The translations under genes were made by a program, and so were the position numbers. Under the pieces are notes generated by a model. The model saw nothing but the letters and a program-made list of their open reading frames with translations. It was not told the origin of the DNA and did not search any database. From Candidatus Sulfomarinibacteraceae bacterium (GTDB lineage: Bacteria; Acidobacteriota; Thermoanaerobaculia; Thermoanaerobaculales; Sulfomarinibacteraceae): 64,000 nt of DNA. Every line of letters begins with the position of its first letter. Within the stretch, counting starts at the first letter, position 1. The DNA lies in the NCBI GenBank assembly GCA_963796455.1, contig CAWCLO010000004.1:736001-800000 (forward strand), in the 5' to 3' direction. This document shows positions 50,703-59,451 of the stretch, piece after piece.

Positions 50703-51701
50703 AACCACAGAGGCACAGAGGTGGAAGAACGCCCGCAGATCACGCAGATAGACGCAGATCCATCGCGCTCGCTCTCGTCGCAAACACGAAGACACAAAGG
50801 CACGAAGGAGTCACACCAAGAAAACCACAGAGGCACGGAGACACAGAGAGGGAACACAGAGGGCTGGCGCAAAGGCCCACAGAACAAACAGAAAAACACA
50901 GAAGCCATCGCAAAGGCACGACCGGAGTGCAGCCGGGACGGCTGCACCACCATGGTGGTGCACGCGTCTCGCGTGCACATGGTTGAACCGCAAAGAATGC
51001 AAAGTCGCAGAGACGCAAAGGCCTGGTTGGCGAGCTTTTGCGACGTTGCCATCGGTGTCGGCAGATCGCCAGACGATCTCCGATCGCCAGTCACCGGGTG
51101 AGAAGTGGGGCGATCCCGATCGCCAGCGTTCGGAATCACCCCACTCCTCACCCGTCCGGCACGCCTACGGCATGCCGGTTCTGCCTTGCATTAGGTGACC
51201 CCAACTCTTGATTGAAGTAAGGGGGAGGAAGGAGGCGAGACCTGCGCGGTCGCGCAGGCCGCTGGGTAAGGAAACCACGACGAAAGCTTGTTTTCGGGGT
51301 GGTTTCCTTACCCAGCGGTACCTGGCCGCCGGATGGCGGCCAGGACCTCGCCGGGCGGAGGGTTCTTCCGGGAAGTCCTCTGCGTCTCCGCGCCTCTGCG
51401 CCTCTGCGTTCAATACGCTTTTGGCAAGATCGATCCAGCAGTTCGGCGGCCATTGCGCCTTCGCGTCTTTGCATCTTTGCGTTCGAAAAAGAACGGTGGG
51501 GACATGAACTCGTTGAATCAGCTCGTCGATATCATCTGTGGCTGAACCAATTCTGTGTTTTTCTGTGTGTTCTGTGGGCAACTCCGAGCGAGCCCGGTTG
51601 CGGCGAGAGGATGCCAACGGCTTTGTGATGTCTTTGTGCCTTCGTGTCTTCGTGTTTGTGACGAGATGTGTCGGGTCTGTGCCTCTGGGTCTCTGTGGTT
51701 C
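50703..51701. repeat. Composite nested-palindromic intergenic element, copy 2 (fills the imuB-dnaE2 junction)
   Basis: Left-arm modules at 50703, 50785, 50876 and 50989 have reverse-complement partners at ~51683, ~51621, ~51551 and ~51458, in nested order. Confidence 0.92.
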
Positions 51702-51705
51702 ATTC

Positions 51706-53319
51706 CTAGTCATACATGCCATCCGCGAACCAGTCGCCGCTCGTGCGATCGCGGTAGACGCGGTACAGCCCACCGCCCGAAAGCTCCACATCCCAGTAAT
51801 CCCGCTCGATGGGCTCGTGCTTCCACCACCCGTCCTCGACGGTCCAGGGCCCTGCCGATACCCGCACGAGACCTTGAATTCTCGGTGTCGCTGCGGACTC
51901 GGAAGCAACTGAAACAAGCCGAATCGAAGCGAACAGGTTTGAGTTTTGAGTTATGAGTTTTGAGTTGTTCTCCGAGACTCTATCCGGCTGCGATGGTTGA
52001 AATTCCGAACTCCGAACTCCGAACTCCGAACTCACTTCCGTGATCACCTCGATCGGCACCGCCGGCCGCAGAACCCGCACCACCAGTAAACCTCTCCCTT
52101 TGCGCGGCGGTTGCCGCAGCTTCGGCGCCGGTGGTGGGTCGAATGCGACGGTGTTGAAACGCTCGGGCAGGTGGCCGTCGACGATCCGCGGCGAACCCAC
52201 CCGATCCGAACCAAGGCGGGCTGCGAGGTGGGCGAGGGTGCCGGCAAGCTTGTCGGGGTGGATTTCCGGCGCCCCGAAGAGGGTCAGCTGGCCGCGGCGC
52301 GGTCGATCGGGGTGGGTGATGGTGATGAAGGAGACCACCGCCGCCCGCGGTGGCTTCGATTCGAGCTCGAGACGGGTCAGGGCCAACAGGGCATCCACAT
52401 CGCGGGTCGGAGCGGGGAGCCGGATCGTACGGTGCTCCGCGCCCTCGGGTTCGAGCCCGAGCTCGATCTCGAACAAAGCACAGGCCAGGTCTTCGCGTTC
52501 GAGCCTTTTGCGGGTTCGCTCCAGGGACTGCCGCAGGGCGTAGAGCAGGGGGTCGACGGTGACCACCGGCCACTCCAGCTCCATGCCCTCGTGGAAGGTC
52601 GGTGGCGGGTGGTAGGGCTCCAGGGGGTTGGAGTCCATGCCGCGAGCCGAACGGTGTGCGTTGGCGCCGGCCGGGCCGAGGCGGCTGGCCGTGCGGTCCG
52701 CCGGCAAGCGGGCAAAGTCCCCGAGGGTACGGACGCCCCAGCGTCGCAGCGTGTCCATCAGACGCCGGTCGAGCATCAGATAAGTGAGGGGCAGGGGAGC
52801 GAGGAAGCGGGATTCCTCGCCGGCCGGCACGACCTTCGGCGTGTCGGGCATGCGGGCCGCGATCCGCGCGGCGAGTTTGTTGTTGGCGATACCGACCCGG
52901 ATCGGCAGGTCGAGGGTCTCGGCGGCGATGATGGCGGCCTGCCCCATGTCATGCTCACCCGAGGAACCTTCGTACAGTTTTTCCATGCCGCCGACATCGC
53001 TGAAGACGGTATCCGGGGCGCTGTCTTCGATCCGCGGTGAAAGGCTGGTGGCGGACTCGAGCAGGGCCTCGTGGGCCGAGCCCTCGCAGGCCTCATCGCG
53101 GCCGCGGGCGATCAACGAGGGCAGGATGCCGCGCGCCTGGGCGAGGCTCATGCCTGTGCGCACTCCGGATTTTCTTGCCGGGCGGGAGGCACCGGCCACC
53201 TTGGCGGCCGAACCGTTGCCCTCGCAGACCGCCACGGCTTCACCCGCCAACTCGGGCTCCGCGCGGAGTCGTGCCGCGAGCGGGAAGAGGGGGATGAAGA
53301 GGCATGCGATTCGGGTCAT
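51706..53319 (-). CDS. imuB: ImuB (inactive Y-family polymerase homologue) with an in-frame repeat insertion near its C-terminus
   Basis: IACLFIPLFPLAA, GVRTGMSLAQAR, SPRIE, LRRWGVRTLGDFA.LP, GPW...GWW...RDYWDV, G.WF.DG.YD. Confidence 0.9.
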   Translation of the reverse strand: MTRIACLFIPLFPLAARLRAEPELAGEAVAVCEGNGSAAKVAGASRPARKSGVRTGMSLAQARGILPSLIARGRDEACEGSAHEALLESATSLSPRIEDSAPDTVFSDVGGMEKLYEGSSGEHDMGQAAIIAAETLDLPIRVGIANNKLAARIAARMPDTPKVVPAGEESRFLAPLPLTYLMLDRRLMDTLRRWGVRTLGDFARLPADRTASRLGPAGANAHRSARGMDSNPLEPYHPPPTFHEGMELEWPVVTVDPLLYALRQSLERTRKRLEREDLACALFEIELGLEPEGAEHRTIRLPAPTRDVDALLALTRLELESKPPRAAVVSFITITHPDRPRRGQLTLFGAPEIHPDKLAGTLAHLAARLGSDRVGSPRIVDGHLPERFNTVAFDPPPAPKLRQPPRKGRGLLVVRVLRPAVPIEVITEVSSEFGVRSSEFQPSQPDRVSENNSKLITQNSNLFASIRLVSVASESAATPRIQGLVRVSAGPWTVEDGWWKHEPIERDYWDVELSGGGLYRVYRDRTSGDWFADGMYD

Positions 53320-53328
53320 GGACAGGAG

Positions 53329-53382
53329 GAGTTCGGAATTCGGAGTTCGGAATTCGGAATTCGGAGTTCGGAATTCGGAATT
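53329..53382. repeat. Heptamer tandem array GA(G/A)TTCG just upstream of the imuB start
   Basis: gagttcg gaattcg gagttcg gaattcg gaattcg gagttcg gaattcg gaatt. Confidence 0.9.
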
Positions 53383-53400
53383 TCCGACCGTCCGTCCGGA

Positions 53401-54162
53401 AAACCACAGAGGCACAGAGACGCAGAGAGAGAACACAGAGATGCAAGAGCGGAAGAACGCCCGCAGATCACGCAGATCGACGCAGATCCATCGCAAACGG
53501 TCTCGCCGCAACCACCAAGACACAAAGGCACGAAGGAGTCACACCAAGAAAACCACAGAGGCACGGAGACACAGAGAGGGAACACAGAAGCCATCGCAAA
53601 GGCACGACCGGAGTGCAGCCGGGACGGCTGCACCACCATGGTGGTGCACGCGTCTCGCGTGCACATGGTTGAACCGCAAAGAACGCAAAGTCGCAGAGAC
53701 GCAAAGGCCTGGTTGGCGAGCTTGTACGGGGTTGCCATCAGTGTCGGCAGATCGACAGACGATCTCTGATCGTCCGTCGCCGGTGAGAAGCGGGGTGACT
53801 CCAATCGCCAGCGCTCGGAGTCACCCCGCTTCCCACCGGCCGGCACGCCTCCGGCATGCCGGTTCTGCCTTGCATCGGGGGCCCCATCCTCGATTGAAGG
53901 AAAGGGGAGAAAGGAGGCGAGACCTGCGCGGTCGCGCAGGCCGCTGGGTAAGGAAACCACCCCGAAAACAAGCTTTCGTTGCGGTTTCCTTACCCAGCGG
54001 TACCTGGCCGCCGGATGGCGGCCAGGACCTCGCCGGGCGGTGAGTTCTTTCGGGAAGTCCTCTGTGTCTCTCTGCGTGATCTGCGGGTCCGGCTTCGTCG
54101 CTCCGCGGCTACGCCGTGACAAGCACCTTGGTGGCGGCTTCGTGTCTTGGTGTCTTGGTGGC
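53401..54162. repeat. Composite nested-palindromic intergenic element, copy 3 (imuA-imuB junction)
   Basis: Same modules and core as the other copies. Confidence 0.92.
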
Positions 54163-54174
54163 AAAAACATCCGC

Positions 54175-54285
54175 TCACACGCAGAAGGCGAGCATCAAAA
54201 AACAAAACCCGAAGAGCAGCAATCCGCAGGCCTGGCCAGCGAGTTCGAAGAAACCACGAACGCTCATTTCAGATGTTTGCGACAT
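54175..54285 (-). CDS. Possible small single-TM peptide (36 aa)
   Basis: AGGAG RBS before ATG at 54285; MSQTSEMSVRGFFELAGQACGLLLFGFCFLMLAFCV; overlaps the imuA stop. Confidence 0.4.
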   Translation of the reverse strand: MSQTSEMSVRGFFELAGQACGLLLFGFCFLMLAFCV

Positions 54286-55156
54286 GTCTTTCTCTCCTTT
54301 TTTCCTCGGCTCCGGATCGTTCCGTCTCCCCGGGACGGGTGGGCGGCAAATCCGAAATTCGAAATTCGAAATCCGAAATCTGATCGTGTCCAGTACCGGC
54401 GGCCAAACCGAACCCCGCTTCAGGAAGGGTGAAGGTTGCAACAACGCTGCCGAGGTCCGGGTAGCCGATGCGTTTGTTCAGATAAAGGCGTGTCTGCAAC
54501 CCATTGAGCAGCCGGGAGGCCTTGCCGCCGCCGCTCCAGCTGCCGCGCCCGCGGCCGCCGGCAAGCACTGCACCGGCGGCACACCCGCTCGAACGGTAGG
54601 GCGAACCCACCAAGACGATCGCGCCGTGGGTCGCGGCGGTGCGGTTGAGCCGCAGCCAGGCCGCCAGCGGTGCCCGGCCGCGCACCGGCGGCAGACCGAG
54701 ATCGAGGGCGACCAGTGGAAAGCCGGTGTGGAGCAGGATCTCGGTGGTCGCCAGGGAGTCGTTGAGGTTCTCGGGGCGCAGCCACAGGAGCCGTTCGAGA
54801 TCGACCCCGATCTCCGCCGCTGTCTGCGGGTCGAGCTGTGCCCCCTGATCGACCAGCGCCGCGACCTCACCGGCACCGGTCACCGCCCGCAACGCCGACA
54901 ACAGGGCGGCGAAGCGGCCGCAGGACCCACGCCCTACCAGTTCCACGAGCCGGCCCCGGGGCAGACCGCCTCCGAGCAGGTGATCGAGGCCCTCCAATGA
55001 GGTGGGGAGGGGCTCGTCATGCAGTTCCTCGCGTCGTCGGCGGACCAGATCCGAGGCCAGGTGGAGGGAGTTGCGCAGTTCTTCCGGGAGCTCGAAATGC
55101 CCTGTCGACAGGGTTTCTGAGGCTTTTTTCTCGGATTTGAGCTGTGCGACGGCCAT
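54269..55156 (-). CDS. imuA: ImuA / RecA-like mutasome protein
   Basis: GGAGG RBS; LPTSLEGLDHLLGGGLPRGRLVELVG, degenerate Walker A, GVDLERLLWLRP, LVALDLG; first gene of the imuB-dnaE2 cassette. Confidence 0.88.
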   Translation of the reverse strand: MAVAQLKSEKKASETLSTGHFELPEELRNSLHLASDLVRRRREELHDEPLPTSLEGLDHLLGGGLPRGRLVELVGRGSCGRFAALLSALRAVTGAGEVAALVDQGAQLDPQTAAEIGVDLERLLWLRPENLNDSLATTEILLHTGFPLVALDLGLPPVRGRAPLAAWLRLNRTAATHGAIVLVGSPYRSSGCAAGAVLAGGRGRGSWSGGGKASRLLNGLQTRLYLNKRIGYPDLGSVVATFTLPEAGFGLAAGTGHDQISDFEFRISDLPPTRPGETERSGAEEKRRERHVANI

Positions 55157-55187
55157 CTCTTGCCTCCCGATTCGGGTCTGGTTTTTC

Positions 55188-55216
55188 AGTATAGGTGTAA
55201 ATAAGGTATAAATCAA
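55188..55216 (-). promoter_or_regulatory. Sigma70-type promoter of imuA with a direct-repeat operator candidate in the spacer
   Basis: Minus strand TTGATT-N17-TATACT; TTTATACCT / TTTACACCT repeated at 11-bp period. Confidence 0.65.
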
Positions 55217-55259
55217 CTCGAAATCTATTTCCACCCGGAAAACCACCGGTGACAACGGC

Positions 55260-56280
55260 GGAAGAACGCCCGCAGATCACGCAGATGAACGCAGATCCAT
55301 CGCGCTCGCTCTCGTCGCAAACACGAAGACACAAAGGCACGAAGGAGTCACACCAAGAAAACCACAGAGGCACGGAGACACAGAGAGAGGACGCCCGCAG
55401 ATCACGCAGATAGACGCAGATTCATCGCAAACGGTCTCGTCGCAACCACGATGGCCCACAGAACACACAGAAAAACACAGAAGCCATCGCAAAGGCACGA
55501 CCGGAGTGCAGCCGGGACGGCTGCACCACCATGGTGGTGCACGCGTCTCGCGTGCACATGGTTGAACCGCAAAGAACGCAAAGTCGCAGAGACGCAAAGG
55601 CCTGGTTGGCGAGCTTGTACGGGGTTGCCATCAGTGTCGGCAGATCGACAGACGATCTCTGATCGTCCGTCGCCGGTGAGAAGCGGGGTGACTCCAATCG
55701 CCAGCGCTCGGAGTCACCCCGCTTCCCACCGGCCGGCACGCCTCCGGCATGCCGAATCTGCCTTGCATCGGTGACATCCTCCATTGATTGAAGGAAAGGG
55801 GAGGAAGGAGGCGAGACCTGCGCGGTCGCGCAGGCCGCTGGGTCAGGAAACCGTGACGAGAGCTGGTTTTGGGGCGGTTTCCTGACCCAGCGGTACCTGG
55901 CCGCCCTTGGCGGCCAGGATCTCGCCGGGCGGAGGATTCTTCCGGGACGTCCTCTGCGTCTCCGCGACTCTGCGCCTCTGCGTTCAATATTCTTTTGGCA
56001 CTATCGATCCAGCAGTTCGGCTGCCATTGCGCCTTCGCATCTTGGCGCCTTTGCGTTGATGAACCCGGATGCTGATGCTCTTCGATTGCAGAATTGGTGA
56101 TGCCTTCGCAATCAGGCTTTCATCTGCGTCTATCTGCGTGATCTGCGGGCTATTCGCGCTGCGTTGCGATGGTTTCTGTGTTTTTCTGTGTGTTCTGTGG
56201 GTCCGGTTTCGTCGCTCCGCGGCTACGCCGTGACAAGCACCTTGGTGGCGGCTTTGTGTCTTGGTGTCTTGGTGGTTGCG
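55260..56280. repeat. Composite nested-palindromic intergenic element, copy 4 (between the divergent imuA and blaI promoters)
   Basis: Core nearly identical to copy 3; the left arm has a duplicated CGCAGAT module. Confidence 0.92.
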
Positions 56281-56339
56281 ACGAGATGATCTGCACTGTG
56301 TCGTCTCTGATCCCTCTGCCGAAAGGGTTTTCGACGGGC

Positions 56340-56375
56340 TTGACAAACGAAGATCATAGTACTAAGTTTTTAGTA
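56340..56375 (+). promoter_or_regulatory. blaI promoter with palindromic operator; probably leaderless
   Basis: TTGACA-N17-TAAGTT; TACTAA-N4-TTAGTA at 56360-56375 overlaps the -10 and the ATG; no RBS. Confidence 0.65.
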
Positions 56376-56749
56376 TGAAGAAATCAGAAAGCAAGCTGAC
56401 CGACACCGAACTCGAGATCATGCAGGTGGTCTGGGCAATCGGTGGCGGCACCGTGCGCCACGTCCACGAATGCCTCAACCAACGCCGCCAGTTGGCGTAC
56501 ACCACGGTAATGACCATGATGAACATTCTCGAGGAGAAGGGGCATCTCACCCGCACCAAAGAGGGCCGCGCGTATCGTTACGAGCCCGTTCGTCCGAAGA
56601 GCCAGGTCATCTCGGGGATGGTGGATGATTTTGTCGGCAAGGTCTTCGAGGGATCGGTGCGGCCCCTCGTTCTCAGCCTGGTCAAAGACCGCAAATTGTC
56701 GGAAAAGGACCTCGAAGAGATCGCACGCATGATCCGGGAGATCGAATGA
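56375..56749 (+). CDS. BlaI/MecI/CopY-family repressor
   Basis: LTDTELEIMQVVW, LAYTTVMT.M..L.EKG, R.YRY.P, F.GS...LVL. Confidence 0.92.
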   Translation: MKKSESKLTDTELEIMQVVWAIGGGTVRHVHECLNQRRQLAYTTVMTMMNILEEKGHLTRTKEGRAYRYEPVRPKSQVISGMVDDFVGKVFEGSVRPLVLSLVKDRKLSEKDLEEIARMIREIE

Positions 56750-58086
56750 ACCTCCACGAAACCGCCACCGCCGTCCTTTCCTACGCGCTCCAGAGCGGCC
56801 TCCTCTTGGGGGTCGGCCTCCTGTTGCCGCGTCTCCTGAAGATCCGGCACCCAAGAACTCTGCTCACATATTGGCGAGCCCTCCTCGTAGTCGTGGTGCT
56901 GCTTCCCGTCCTCCTTGCCGGTTGGACGCCGCCAAAAACCCTGCCGTTGCTCCGACTCGAGGCCGCTTCGGTAGAAACGGTGACGGCGACCCTTCCACCC
57001 TCGGTGGCGGCCGTCAGCGGTCGCAATCTGCTGGTCGCAGCCGCGGTCGTCACACTCCTCGGACTGATCCGGCTTTTCGTGGGCCTCGTTTTTCTCAACC
57101 GTTGCCGGCGGGCGGCATCCCCGTTGACGCCGTTTCCGATGGTCCTGGGTGCGCTGCAGCGCCGCTTCAAGCTGGAGGTGCCGATCCTGGTGTCGGATCG
57201 ACTGACGGTGCCCTTCACCTTTGGATGGATCCGCCCGGTGGTGATGGTCCCGCCATCGTTCCATACGCTCTCGGTGGACGAACAGGAGGGAGTGGCTTGC
57301 CACGAACTGCTCCACATCCGGCGTCGCGACTGGGCGATGACGGTTCTCGAGGAGATCCTCCGAGCCGCACTGTGGTTTCATCCTGCGGTCTGGATCCTGC
57401 TGCCGAAGATCGCGCTCAGTAGAGAAATGGTGGTGGATGCGGGAACCGTCAGGATGACCGGAAAACGCCGCCAATACCTCGAGGCTCTGTGGCAGATCGT
57501 GTGTTCCCAGTCTCGTCCCACCGCAACCCTGGCTTTGCCCCTACTGGGCAGATCCAATGTCTTCGAACGTGTGCAATGGCTGAAGAAGGAGAGAACAATG
57601 TCCAAAGGCCGAGTCATTTTGTTCGCAGTTGTGATGGTCCTTGCCGTTGGCGGCGCAGGGGTCCTCGGTGCCGCCGTGTTTTCGCCGGTGGCCCATGACG
57701 CGATGGACGTGGCACCGATTGCGTCCTCCGATGAGCCGGAAAAAGAAAAACAGAAAGTAAAATCGAAGGCTGAGAAAAAGCAGCTGAGGCGCTTCGAATC
57801 GAGCGAAGAGTGCAATGAAATCACCCATCCGACGGTCGGCGAGAAGACTCCGCCAAAATATCCCGAATCGGCGCGGGCGGAAAAGGTCATGGGAATGGTC
57901 GTCGTCGAGACGGTGATCAGCGAAGAAGGGTCGGTCGAAGCGATCAAGATCCTGGAATCGCCGGATGACCGCCTGTCCGAGGCAGCCACGGAGGCGGTCC
58001 GGCAATGGCAATTCGAACCCGCCCTGTGCGATGGCCGACCGGTCGCCGTGTACTACAACCTCACCGTCAATTTCCGACTCAAATAA
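56746..58086 (+). CDS. BlaR1-like M56 metallopeptidase fused to a TonB C-terminal domain
   Basis: PFTFGWIRPVV, HELLHIRRRD, WFHPAVW...RE..D; C-terminal PKYPESAR...G.V, VRQWQFEPA..DG.PV. Confidence 0.88.
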   Translation: MNLHETATAVLSYALQSGLLLGVGLLLPRLLKIRHPRTLLTYWRALLVVVVLLPVLLAGWTPPKTLPLLRLEAASVETVTATLPPSVAAVSGRNLLVAAAVVTLLGLIRLFVGLVFLNRCRRAASPLTPFPMVLGALQRRFKLEVPILVSDRLTVPFTFGWIRPVVMVPPSFHTLSVDEQEGVACHELLHIRRRDWAMTVLEEILRAALWFHPAVWILLPKIALSREMVVDAGTVRMTGKRRQYLEALWQIVCSQSRPTATLALPLLGRSNVFERVQWLKKERTMSKGRVILFAVVMVLAVGGAGVLGAAVFSPVAHDAMDVAPIASSDEPEKEKQKVKSKAEKKQLRRFESSEECNEITHPTVGEKTPPKYPESARAEKVMGMVVVETVISEEGSVEAIKILESPDDRLSEAATEAVRQWQFEPALCDGRPVAVYYNLTVNFRLK

Positions 58087-58114
58087 TCTTCGCGAAAACC
58101 TGGAATCGAGGCTG

Positions 58115-58139
58115 AGGGAGGCGTTCGCGCCTCCCTTTT
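58115..58139 (+). terminator. Intrinsic terminator
   Basis: AGGGAGGCG-TTCG-CGCCTCCCT followed by TTT. Confidence 0.7.
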
Positions 58140-58286
58140 CGTCGTCCGGCGACAGGGTGACGGATGTTATAATTTACGTAGGTCTGTAACTTACGGACCT
58201 TATGATCAGCTGGAATTGGATGTACGTCTCCGAGGGCTCGGGAGCCGGGGTTCGTGCGTTCGATTTCCTGTTATCGAGGTTATTCA

Positions 58287-59405
58287 GTGTCGATCAGTGG
58301 CAATCTGCGCACGATGCCCTTTGCGGACCTCCTGCAATGGGTATCGCAAAGCCGGAAAACGGGGACCCTCTCCGTCGAGGGTGAGCCGTACAACAAAAAG
58401 ATCTACTTCCGGGACGGCCTCGTGGCTGCCGCGTCATCCGAGAACCCAAAAGAGTTCCTCGGCTACTATCTCGTGGGCTGGAAGATTCTCGCCGAGGACG
58501 AGCTCCAGGAACTCCTCGACATGCAGGAGGGCCACGGAACCTTGCTCGGTGAGTTGCTGGTCATCATCGGCCGCCTCGACCGGGAAGATTTGCAGCTCAT
58601 TCTGCAGGTCAAGACCGAGGAGACGATCTACGAGCTTTTCACCTGGCAGGAGGGAGATTTCAGGTTTCTCGAGAACATCCTCCCTGCAAAGAAATTCCAA
58701 CCTCTGAATCTGCCGGTCGAGATGATCATCATGGAGGGCGTGCGCCGCAAGGACGAGTGGACCCGTTGTCGGGAAATCATCCCCGACGAGGGTTGGATTC
58801 CCCGCGTGCAGCGAGCCGTCGATGTTGAGCAGCTCGGCGAGATCGAGCTCAATATCCTGCGCGAGATTGATGGCGCCAACAGCATCGAGAGTATCGCGCT
58901 TTCCAACCGATTGGCGTTTTTTCACGTCATGATGTTTGTCTTTCAGGGCATGAACCACGATCTCTTTTCGATCCACCCGCCGGGCGCCGAGCTCACGCCG
59001 ATCCCGGGTTTTACAAAGGGCACCTGGATGACCCTCCTGCATCAGGTGGAAGAGATGATTGGCGAAGGAAATCTCCTGATGGCCTTTCATCGACTGGTGG
59101 AGATCCGTGACAAATATGCCGACAACAAGGATGTGCTGAAACAGGCAATCTCGGTCCAGGAAAAAATCTCCGATGCCGCCACCAAACTCCAGATGACCGA
59201 TACCGCTGTGCTCGAGCTGGCCATCCCGTCTTCTGAACTCACCAGTCTCAGCTGCAGCCCTCAGGAGGGGTTTCTCCTGTCACGAATCGACGGCGCATAC
59301 TCCCTTGGCGAGATTCTCAAAATGATCCCCGGATCGGAGCTCGAGAATAAACTGTTGGTCAACGCACTTGTGCAACGAGGTGTCGTTCGCCATTGTGAGG
59401 GCTGA
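58287..59405 (+). CDS. DUF4388 (PatA-N-like) domain protein
   Basis: GTG start after GAGGT; ISGNLRTMPFADLLQW...KTG.L, IYFRDG, LG..LV, LFTWQEGDFRF, EGVRRKDEW, EGFLLSRIDG. Confidence 0.8.
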   Translation: MSISGNLRTMPFADLLQWVSQSRKTGTLSVEGEPYNKKIYFRDGLVAAASSENPKEFLGYYLVGWKILAEDELQELLDMQEGHGTLLGELLVIIGRLDREDLQLILQVKTEETIYELFTWQEGDFRFLENILPAKKFQPLNLPVEMIIMEGVRRKDEWTRCREIIPDEGWIPRVQRAVDVEQLGEIELNILREIDGANSIESIALSNRLAFFHVMMFVFQGMNHDLFSIHPPGAELTPIPGFTKGTWMTLLHQVEEMIGEGNLLMAFHRLVEIRDKYADNKDVLKQAISVQEKISDAATKLQMTDTAVLELAIPSSELTSLSCSPQEGFLLSRIDGAYSLGEILKMIPGSELENKLLVNALVQRGVVRHCEG

Positions 59406-59451
59406 AATCAGAGCCTCTGGCATTGCAGAGAGCGCACCGGAAGGAGTGTGA

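Noticed and set aside
50703..51701. Element as an autonomous IS, group II intron or DGR
   Set aside because: No transposase, reverse transcriptase or recognisable intron domain V, and no adenine-specific TR/VR pair seen.
53320..53523. Upstream extensions of imuB (and likewise dnaE2 and imuA) in the ORF track
   Set aside because: They run through repeat or promoter DNA; family-like sequence or an RBS points to starts at 53319, 50696 and 55156.
50555..56346. Short ORFs inside the repeated elements (e.g. MVVHASRVHMVEPQ..., MRLCDFAFFAVQPC...)
   Set aside because: Low-complexity translations of palindromic DNA; frames and lengths differ between copies; no RBS or recognisable domain.
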